Of a DNA stretch of 64,000 nt, positions 25,563-35,910 are shown piece by piece (position 1 is the first letter of the stretch; every line of letters starts with the position of its first letter). Source of the DNA: Camelus ferus (lineage: Eukaryota). A program made the position numbers and the translations under genes. Location of the stretch: the NCBI RefSeq assembly GCF_009834535.1, contig NC_045697.1, positions 94,986,001-95,050,000 on the forward strand. The letters are read 5' to 3'. The notes below the pieces were generated by a model. That model was not told the DNA's origin and made no database searches. It saw nothing but the letters and a program-made list of their open reading frames with translations.

Positions 25563-26049
25563 CTACCAATAAATCCCTCCCATTCAGCATGTATGAAGGA
25601 AGTGTAAGTAAATTAAGTGTTGTCAGAAGAGGCTGTGTCAGTTAGCTTATTGTTACAACTTCGAGTTTTCATCCTGCAAGTTCCTCAGTCTTTCCATTAC
25701 CAGTGCCTAATTCTTTGACTTTTCAGGTAATTCCTATTTAGAATTATTGGGGCTCCACTGGGGTAGAGGGGGTACAAAAACTTGTTATGTGCCATTTAGA
25801 AGAACAAAATATATGCTTAACTTTTTTCAAAGAGTTCTAAGAAGGCTATAAATGGCATGTTTTTAAAAAAGGTTTTAATCTAAATTTTCAGAATAATAAC
25901 ATGCCTACTAACCATTTAAAGTTTGTCTTATCCTTAAAAGACAGAAGAAACAAGCTTGCTGAATTCTTAGAAATCTTGGTAATTAATATCAGACCTCTCT
26001 ATGGTTATTGATATCATGAATAAACTCAAATTATTCTTGGGGCAAGATA

Positions 26050-27825
26050 AAGCAATTGGAAAAATAATTATGGTTATTCAGTGTCTTCTAGGTGACAGCC
26101 CTAATTCTAACAGTGATCTAGATAGACCTTTGGTCTCTTGAACTATACATTCTTGTGATAGAAGAGCAACAATAACCAAGAAAACAGACTAATAGGACAG
26201 TTTCAGGCAGTGATACATTTTACGACGAAATCAAAACTAAGAAGAGGGAATGAGTACACTGAGCACAGTTTGTGTTTCCACAGAAATCTCATTTATTTTG
26301 ATGATTTAATCCACAGATTTATAATGACTTCTCAGCCGATGCATATTTTACACATTACTAAATGCATACTGAGATATTGTCATTTGATATTTTGCACAAA
26401 ACTCAGCAAAACAAAATCAAAACTCACTTTAGTTGGACTTCAACTATGAACATATTTAACATTAATTATAATTTTATACATACTACCTTACACCAGTAAA
26501 TGTAACTTTATTTGCATTTGGTTACTTCTACGAGCTGGGTACTGGTACAGGAATCACAGGTGCACTTAAAAAATAACAAAAATAATGTAGCCCTGTCTCT
26601 TCAGAGGTCTTCTGTTCTAACACGCTAGTGTGAAAGAATAAGAGACAATTTCAGTTTAAGTTAATGATTTCAACGTAGGATTTAAGTATACGGTTCTTGG
26701 GGACATTGGGTCACATGTATTTTTGGATGAGTGAAGGAGATATTCAACACAGCTTTCTAAAGAAAAATACATTCAAGGTGAGATTTGAAGTATAAATAGG
26801 TGATAGCAAACCAAGAGGGTGAAGAGGGGAGAACCATTAAAATAAGAAAAGCCATAAAGAGACTTGAATAATCAATATGCTTGAATATGTTAAATATGTT
26901 GGTGAATGCAAAACATAGTTAGAGAAGAATAATTAAATATGAGACTGGAGATTAACTGTGAGTCAAATCATGAAAAGCTATGGGTATCTTGATAATTCTG
27001 TGCTAAATTCATGAAATAGGGAAAGAAATGACATGAAAAGGATAGTACTGAAAGTTGTATTTAGGGCCAAGTCCTATTGTCACAACAATCACTTAGGAGA
27101 CTATTTCATTAACCAATGAAAATAGGAAATAAATAAACAATAAAATAATAATAAAAATCAAGGAAAATAAAGCTCTACCCAAAATCTTAGAGAGTAGAGT
27201 ATAATACTAGAGATATTTGTCATAAAATTAACAAGATCTATGGGTCTTTTGTCCAAAGTGATGTGGAAGGGTAACAACTAGATTATTCTGGGTTGTCTAG
27301 AGTGGTAAAACCATGAAAGGTGGTTCTGATCTCAAAAACAGTGAATTACATGAGGAATTTACAGTTCTCTGTTGGTATTCAAAGACTTAAAATTCGATAT
27401 ATATTTATCTTGCACATTTTATGTCCCATGGCTTCCAAATATATTCCCCTGTTCTCCTTAGCATCCTTAATAGTTCTTGCCAGGCCACCTTATTCATCAT
27501 TCAAAGAGTGTTATTGGGTTCCTCCTATGTTTCAGCCACAGTTCTAGATACCGTCGGTTCAGCAATGAGGTCAACAAAGTCCTTCAGGGAGCATATATTC
27601 TCTTTGGTTGAGATATAATAAACTACATGAATAAGTAAAATACAGTAGATTGCTAGATACTGAGGCTGAGGTAAGAAAATCAAAGAAGTGGCATGGGAAC
27701 TGTGGGTGTGAGAGGGAGTAACTTTAGATACGGTGACTATAGCCTCAGCAAAAAGATGACATTAAACAACAACAACAACAGGAAAAACAAAGAGGTGATG
27801 AAGCTATGATGTGCACAGGAAAGAA
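26050..27825 (-). mobile_element. Cluster of L2 fragments
   Basis: Antisense L2 tails ('tattcatcattcaaagagtgttattgggttcctcctatgt') and body motifs ('aggtgagatttgaag', 'ttaggagactatt'). Confidence 0.6.
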
Positions 27826-28290
27826 TGTCATAAAATGTGAAATATCTCAAAATTTATCCTACTGATACCTAACACATTAGCTTGCCACAGTTTCATGGAT
27901 TCTGATAGAACAAGAACCTTAGGTCAGAGACAAAGGACAGTTTATTTCTCATAGCAACTGCAGTTATCACAGTTTCAATAATTTTATGCATCAGTTCCCA
28001 GAACTCTGAGATTAGAAACTCAAATATTTTATAATTACTTTTATGCAAACCTTTTATATTAACTTATTTTATTTTATTTCTTTTACCCAGAGGTAAACTT
28101 TTTTGTTGTTGTTGTTATAGTAGACAGTAAAGCAAATATACCCTTTGCTGTAAGGGGAAACACTACATCCTCCAAGGCTAATTGTTACACAAATAACTTT
28201 GAAAAGACAATGTAGAACAAAAATATAGTAAGTGCCTTGCTCATAGATATGAAGAAACATGAGAGACAGATGGAATATTGTTCCTCAACT
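27826..28290 (-). mobile_element. MER54/LTR53-family ERVL 3' LTR
   Basis: The plus strand reads 'tgtca...ttagcttgccacagtttcatggattctg...ggtcagagacaaaggacagtttatt' (reverse U5). The minus strand starts 'gttgaggaacaatattccatctgtctctc' and is preceded by the PPT 'aaggggtgga' at 28294-28303. Confidence 0.82.
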
Positions 28291-28303
28291 ATATCCACCC
28301 CTT

Positions 28304-29330
28304 GTTTATACCTCAACTTGATGACTGTCCAGATTATCCCTGAGCACTTCATTCTGTCACTCTGCAACAGTGGCTGCGACCAAATCCACCTGTTTTCAAT
28401 GAAGGTACTATGAAAATGCCTTTGGGCAGCAGTAAGAGACCAACGTGTGCAGTATTGTCCTCAATTATGCCCCGAAGGGACCTTGACCCAATTAGTTCTC
28501 CAAATCCCAGAAATCATCAGAGTTTATCTTAGAAAGTCTGTTGATTATTTTACTTAATTTTTTGTATTGATCTTTTCACTTGGCCTGAGGCATTAACCCA
28601 GGTACAGGAGAATGTGTTAGTAAGTACACACACTCTACCTTGGTTCTGCCAGAAGTAAGCAGAGGCAATACTCCTTGCTCTTTGACCTCCCTCACCATGT
28701 ACAATGACATCAGCTTGGGAAGTGTCACAAATCTAATGTGCAGTTGTGACCCCTCAACACTCAAAAGAGTTTTTAGGGTTGTGACATCCCAAAGTTACCA
28801 GCACTTTTTAAAATATGTGGTTATTTCTAGATAATCTAAAACTTTATGGCACTTACGAACATTTGTAATACAGACATGTAAAACATCCCCACCAAACATA
28901 CTTTCAGCAGTGGAAGTAACAACAATATTATAGTGAGTAAAACCAAGTGCTACATAAAGTTCACATTGGCTTCTCTTCCCACACATCTTCCTGAAACCCT
29001 ATTTGTTGAGTTCAGGCACTCTGTCACTAATGGTATAGGTAGGATAGTGACTTGGAGACCTATATCCAGTAGATCCCCCAAATTAAGATTTGCTCCCTCC
29101 TCAGTACTCCCCAGATTACTCACGTGTGTGTCTACAGACTTTGGTTCCCCTTGGGGAATATGCAACATTAAAATATCATTTGGGCAGATCTGTGCTGTTT
29201 CAGGCATATTACCTTCTCATCTAGGTGATAAGCTTCTCTTATGAGTACACAGTCTTCCTTTAAGTTTCTCAGTATCTGGGCTCTGAATAGTTTTTCACCA
29301 TAAGTACATTTGGTCTCAGCAAACACAAAT
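28304..29330 (-). pseudogene. env: Degraded retroviral env (TM subunit clear; upstream extent uncertain)
   Basis: Minus strand 28672-28550 reads SIASAYFWQNQGRVCVLTNTFSCTWVNASGQVKRSIQKIK*, an eroded ISD plus CX6CC. Shifted frames then give LSKINSDDFWDL and FGA*LRTILH. It lies directly upstream of the PPT and LTR. Confidence 0.8.
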
Positions 29331-30761
29331 CGACAATGCAACAAAGAAAAATAAAACAAAATGAGAATTTAAATCACCTAATTTCGTTCAGTGAAAGCAT
29401 GCTCACAAGATTAGAATCTTTGGTTTCTTGCATCAACTTCATTTCCTAGACCTCTCTGAACGTTAACACCTGAGTGGAGTGAGAGAGATTCTAGCGCTTA
29501 AATGATTATTTTTTTCTTTTTACTAGTCTCTTACGCTGAGAGGGAAAAAAATTAAAATAAAATGGAAAAGAGCCATAAGTTCCAGTACTGAGAAAATACA
29601 GTGTAGCACTGGGCTTAATGAAGAGAAAATATGCTTATTTCGAATGTATTGCTCTTATAAGGAATTTTTCTGAAATCAGTCTGAACAGTGTATTAGATTT
29701 GCATGCTGACTTTAAAGTGAAGATTTCCGTAAGCTGTAACATTAGTATATATACTGGTGGTAGGACAATTAACAACCCTGCTCCATAAATAGCATGATTA
29801 CTCCAATTTTTCTTTGGAGGCTTCTGATGTAATTCCTCCTATTTTGCTCTATACCGGTTTCAAAGTGCAGATCTCTTATTTCATTGATTTTAAATGTCAT
29901 GGACTCTAAGTAAAACACACCATTAATTTAATAACACTTTGGGAGGAAAAAGAGGAGCACTACATTAAACATTAAAATATATCTCTGTTTTTTATTAACC
30001 TACCACACATCACTGATTTGAAAACTAATTTTAAGCACAGAAATTAATTTGTCATACATTAATTCAATGGCTTTAACAAATTTAGATCATAATAAAATAC
30101 ACTAAATTTGGACAAACCTCAGTTATTGTTTTCTCCACAGGTAATTATTATTTGATTTGTAAACTCCCAAGTTAAAAAAGACTATAATACTACATACACT
30201 TAAAATAAATACCTGTTTTACATGATGACCTTTTTAAAGACAGTTGAAATCATGCATATGTCACTGAAATAGCATGTGTATAGATGGATATGTATGTGCT
30301 TTTAATTTCTTTCTGATATTATCTCCAACTTGATGAATATAGATGTAGTTTACTGTATTTAAATGTTGTTTAGTTATAATACATTTTATTTGTCTGTCTC
30401 CTATGTGATGGCAAGTTATGTGGTTTTCTGTTTTTTGCTATTACAAACATCATATTCATGGTTGTATTGACTTACATATCATGGCTACGAGTGCTTTGTG
30501 GACAGAGTCAAAGAGAGGCAGTCAAATTGCCAACTGAAGTGGATGTTTAAATTTATATGTTCACCTTCTGTAAAAAACTCCCCACAAAGTCTTACCAACA
30601 CTTGATAATGCCAACTCTTCCTTTCTTGCTAATATAACATTTTTTTTTCAGTATGAATAAAGTTGATCAAATTCTCACACATCTAATGTATGTTTACTGA
30701 GCATTTGGATTTGGATTTCTGTTCTCTGAACTGCCTTTTATACCTTTAACCATTGTTCTGT

Positions 30762-31110
30762 TGGGTTGGTCAGCTTGGGGTGCTATAGCAAAATACCAAA
30801 AACTGAGTGGCTAATCAACAAGAGATATTTATTTTGTTTTATTAGCTGGAAATCTGAGATCAGGGTGATAGCATGGTTTGGTTCTGGTGGAAGCTCTTTT
30901 GCAGATTGCAGAAGACTGACTTTTTGTATCCTCATACTTGGGAAAGGAGCAAGTTAGCTTCTTTTTATAGGGGCACTAATGTCATTCATAAAAGTTACAT
31001 CTTCATGACTTAATCATTTTCTAAAGGCAACAGCTCCAAATACCATCACACTGCAAATTAAATTTAAGCATATGCATTGGGGCGGAGGGTATAAATATTC
31101 AGTCCATAAT
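30762..31110 (-). mobile_element. MLT1A-like MaLR solo LTR
   Basis: 'gggtgctatagcaaaataccaaaaactgagtggct...gctggaaatctgagatcagggtg...attcagtccataa'. Confidence 0.88.
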
Positions 31111-31146
31111 GTCTATTAAGTATAAAGATGGTTATTATACTTCGTG

Positions 31147-31954
31147 TTTTTTTTATTGAAGTATAATTGATTTACTTGTTGTGTTAGTTTCAGTTGTACA
31201 GTAAAGTGATTGTCATATATATATATATATTCTTTTTTCAGATTATTTTCCATTATAGGTTATTACAAGATATTGAATATAGTCCCAGTAGGTCCTTGTT
31301 GTTTACCTATTTTATATATAATGGTGTGTATAAATTAATCCACAAATCCTAATTTATCCCTCTCCCCCACTTCTCCCCTTTGGTAACCATAATTTTGTTT
31401 TATATGTCTGTGAGTCTATTTCTGATTCGTGAGTAAGTTCATTTTTTATCATTGTAGATTCCATATATAGGTGATATCATATGATAGTTCTCTTTCTTTG
31501 TCTGACTTCACTTGATATGATAATCTCTAGGTTCATCCATGTTGCTGCAGGTGGCATGATTTCATTCTTTTTATGGCTGAGTAATATTCCATTGTGTATT
31601 TATACCACATCTTCTTTATCCATTCACCTGTTGATGGACATTTAGGTTGATTCTGTGTCTTGACTATTATAAATAGTGCTGCTATGAACAATGGGGTGCA
31701 TGTTTTTTCAAATTACAGTTTTCTCCAAATATATGCCCAGGAGTGGAATTGCTGGATCATACGGTAACTCTGTTTAGTGTTTTAAGGAACATCCATACCA
31801 TCCCCCATAATAGCTGCACCAATTTGCTGTCCCACCAATAGTGTAGAAGGGTTGCTTTTTCTTCACACCTTCTTCAGCATTCCTTATTTGTAGACTTTTA
31901 AATGATGGCCATTCTGACTGGTGTGAGGTGATACTTCATTGTGGTTTTGATTTG
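31147..31954 (-). mobile_element. Cetartiodactyl-type L1 3' portion
   Basis: 'ttttattgaagtataattgattt...ttttccattataggttattacaagatattgaatatag'; TSD-like 'tatacttcgtgtt' and 'tatactttatgtt'. Confidence 0.9.
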
Positions 31955-32765
31955 TATACTTTATGTTCATAGTTTTATTTAAATATACCTGTGGCTTTCT
32001 ATAGGATAACTGCCTGTTATAAATTCTGCAAATATTGGCTTTTGGTTTGTCATTTGTCTTTATTTTTTTTATAATATATTTTGATATAAAGAGCATTTGA
32101 AGAAAATTTTAATTTTGATGCTTTGAAATTCATCAACACTTTTTTGTATGCTTTTTCTTTCCTTAAGCAGAGTTTCCTACTAGAATTTTTTAATACTCTT
32201 TTATATTTTTGTAATAATTTTAAAACTTGTTTTACAATGTGATTTTGAACCATCTGAATTTTTTTGCCTGTACGTTTTGAGATTGGAATTTTATTTTCAC
32301 AATACTATTTATGAACAAGCCTATCTTTTGTGTACCTCTTTTAAACTGCCACATCTACACAAGTCCATGAACCTCTTTCAGGATTTTGATCTATGTCTTT
32401 CTCTCTGCCAAATCATGCTGTTTAAATTGCTATACATTTCAATATATTTTGATATTTGGTATGATAATTTCCTACCCTTATTTCTGTAATTTTTTTTCCT
32501 TTCTAGAATTGTGCATTAAACTTTTGTATAACTTTCACAATCAGTGTTTTGGCTCATTAATAATCTCTTTGAAATTTTGATTGGACTGGAACTGAATTTA
32601 TATGTTAGTGAGATTTAAAGTATTTACAATATAATGAATATCATATACCTCTTCAACCTTGCAGCTCTTTAAAAATCTTATCAATAAAGTCACAGTTTTA
32701 TTTATAATGCTTTATATATTTTGTTTGTTTTATTGCTAGTTTATATTTTGATTTCACTTAAATAG

Positions 32766-33620
32766 TCATTCACTCCTTCACTTACTAAACAAATATTTAC
32801 TGAGTGCCTGCTGCGTGTTAGGCACTTTTTAAGGTGGTGGAACTATAACTGTGGGAATCAAAACAAAAAGCAAAAGCAAAACAAATAAGCAAAAACCTTC
32901 AACTCACAGAGCTTGTTCTAACAAGGAAAACACAGGTAATAAAGAAACAATCAAGGAAAGACATAACATGTTGTATAGTTTTAACTGCTGTGGAGAAAAA
33001 TATAGCTGGGTACGGTAAAGAAAGAAAGTGCAGATGAGGGCTTGGGATTGCGATTTTATATAGAGTAATGAGGGAAATCTTTAATGATATTTGAGCAAGG
33101 AACTGAAGTGAGAAATTGAACTATGCAGGCATCTGAAGGACAAAATTTCTAGAAAGAAGGAGCAGCAAGTGTAAAGCCTCTGAAGCAGAAAAATGCTTGG
33201 CTTGTCTGAAGAATAGCAAGTTTCTTTAGAGCCTGCAGTGGATTACAGGAAGGAGAGAGACAAAGGAGATGAGGTCAGAGAAGAAATTGTTGTCCATATT
33301 ATAAAAGAAATTCTTAGAAAATTTAAGGATCTGGAATTTGGTCTAAATAAATCAAAGGATATTTTGAGCTAATTTATCTTTTAAAAGAATAACTGACTTT
33401 TTTGTTGAGAATAAAATAAAGAAGCACAAGAGTCAAAGGAGAGAAACCAGTAAGGAGGCTATGGAATTGATACTGGTGATTAGTTACGCTATCCTGGATC
33501 AGGGTGGTGACGGTGAAGGTGGTGAGAAGTGGTTTAATTGTGTATCTATTAATGAAATGTAGTAGAGTATGGAAGAAAGAAGTCAAGAGTAGCTTCCGAT
33601 TTGTTAGCTTGAACAACTAG
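32766..33620 (-). mobile_element. L2a LINE
   Basis: Reverse tail 'cattcactcc..acaaatatttactgagtgcctgctgcgtgttaggcact', and body motifs 'ggagatgaggtcagag', 'gaaaccagtaaggaggctat'. Confidence 0.88.
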
Positions 33621-33689
33621 ACAATATAACTAAGAACTTCCATAGCACTTACCAGTGAGAAATTGTGTTAGTCTCTTGCTGTAAACCAA

Positions 33690-33885
33690 CTCGTTCATCA
33701 CTCATAAGAACCTCACAAGGTAGATGCTAATATTATTATTACCCCTATTTTGCAGATGAAGACTTCAAGGCAGGGAGATGTTAAATAACTTGTTTGAAGT
33801 TATCTGGTAGTAAATGGAAAAGATGACGTTTGAAACCTGGCGTCCATGCTCCAGACTTAAGCGATTATTTTTAACTACTACACTA
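33690..33885 (-). mobile_element. MIR SINE
   Basis: 'tattattacccctattttgcagatgaagac..aggcagggagatgttaaataacttg'. Confidence 0.85.
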
Positions 33886-35429
33886 GTTTGCTGAGCCTAA
33901 TGAACTTGATTCTCCCTTTTAAATCTTTATATCTCTCATTTCTTTTTCTTGTCTCTTTGCATTAGCTAAGAACACAAGTACAATATAAAAACAGAGCTGA
34001 GAATAGGCATTCTTTATGTGTAATGCTTATAATGCTTTTTTTAATCAATTTAAGGAAGTTCACATTTATTTTCCATTCACAGTGATTAATGTGATGAACT
34101 GGTAATGAATTTTGTCAATTTTTACCATCTATAAAGTTGATCATATGTATTTTCTCCTTTAATATATTAATTTAGTAAATTACAATTACAGTTTTTTTAA
34201 TGCTGATATACCTGACTACATGGGGCTTATCTTAGTCACAAAATATTATCCTTTAACATCCTATATATTATTATATCCTATATTTGCTATATTATTTAGG
34301 ATGTCTGCCTCATTTTGCAATCATAAGATTGTCTTTTAATATCATTCTTATCACTATCTTTTCCTAAAGTACATATTCCTTGAAGTTTTGCCATAGTTCA
34401 TCTCTAGATCAGCCTGGGTCTGGTGTCCATTTAGGATGTTGTCATTTATTATACAGTTCAATGTCTTTAGTTATAATTATTTTAGTAAAATTTCCATTTG
34501 TCTTAGATAAATTTTCTTACATTTATAATTTTATAGAAAAGATTATTTTATTTGTATGTTCCAATTTATTTTATAAAATTATTTATAATGTTCTCATAAA
34601 AAATTGTCTACTCTATCCATAGTTATGCAGATTTTTTTAATTTTCTGAATGCAATTAGTACCTACCATGAGCTATAAGACTGATTTTTAGTCCCCATAAT
34701 TGTTCTGAAGTATTTTTTAAATGTTATTTTCATTTTTTTTAAATTATGTTTCACTTTAAAAAAGTGATGACATTTTCTTTCTGGCCCACTTGATGATCGT
34801 TATTAAATTTTATATGTAGAACACATATGGCATTATCAGCACTTGCCTTGAGTCAGTGTTACTTCTGCTCTAACATCTAGGAAGGCAGCTCCCTACCTGG
34901 TCTCACAGGAGCATGGTAACTGACCAGATGAACACTTTGTTTTCCTGATTCCATATTCCTTTTATGCACAAACCTAAATTTCTGCCTCTTGTAAAACCTA
35001 TACTTTCATTTTGTTTTAGCACAGGTTTATATTCACAAATTTGTTTTTAGAGCCTGTGCATCAACTCTGGAGTTAGGTTTAATTATGCCCTCTCTGCTAT
35101 GCTGTTTTGGAAGTCAATAACAGCAGTCATTAATCCACAAAATTACACGCTATTTTTCCCTTAGTACCTCAGTATAACTTTGTGCCTAATCCTTATCATT
35201 TTCACAATCTGAAAATTTTTCTAAATATTTTTAAACCCTTAGGGATTACTCAGTTTATGCTGGTGGCATGTTGTTGCACTGTATAAACCATAATAGTAAT
35301 CACAATAATCATGAGATTGGTAATGATTAGTATTTTTAAGGTTGGCAGTTATGATTTTGAGGTATATGGCAAGTACAGGATACATTTAAACTTATGGGAT
35401 TAGCTATCTATTCATTCTAACTCTTGTTA

Positions 35430-35910
35430 TGACTGCTCCCTCCAATGATAAGCATTGCCTAAGAATGGTCACGTTTACTATGTCAACCTACTGCCACCAC
35501 AGTTGATTAGTTTTAGAATGGTGCCTGATTTCAGCCAGGCTAATCACATTTCTCTTGCCTTTGTCATGGTTGATTGATCTAGGGTTCGACACTTGTCGTA
35601 AAATAGGTTAGAGAGATCCTTAAAGATTTTAAGCTTTAAATCGTGTTTTGAAACTCTCTCTTTCTCCTGGTAAAACAAAAGATATCCATATTTATATTTT
35701 TATCAAAGTAGATTGAGGAATAAGGGAAATCAGTGTGAAAAGGAACAATAAATCAGATACACAGAAAAGCAGAAAGGAGACAAGGAAATGGATGCTCTCA
35801 AATGTTTAAATATCTGATTGAACAGTATCCCTGATTTTCCCAAACTTAGCTCTGCAAGATATCTAATGATTTTGGTTTAATAATGATTTCTATCACTTGC
35901 AAACCAAACA
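35430..35910 (+). mobile_element. Old MLT1 (K/L-like) MaLR LTR
   Basis: 'ctgccaccacagttgatt', 'catggttgattgatctaggg', and end 'tttctatcacttgcaaaccaaa'. Confidence 0.55.

Larger units (their letters stand above)
30190..34740 (-). mobile_element. Old L1ME-type LINE-1, interrupted by several insertions
   Basis: Decayed antisense L1 motifs in collinear order ('ttttgattggactggaactgaatttata', 'ttgcattagctaagaacacaagtacaat', 'tttaaggaagttc', 'tatattaatttagtaaattaca'). Confidence 0.65.

Noticed and set aside
28933..29244. 103-aa + strand ORF and overlapping 85-aa minus ORF as host genes
   Set aside because: They fall within the decayed ERV internal region. The minus ORF may be an env SU fragment but has no diagnostic motif I can confirm.
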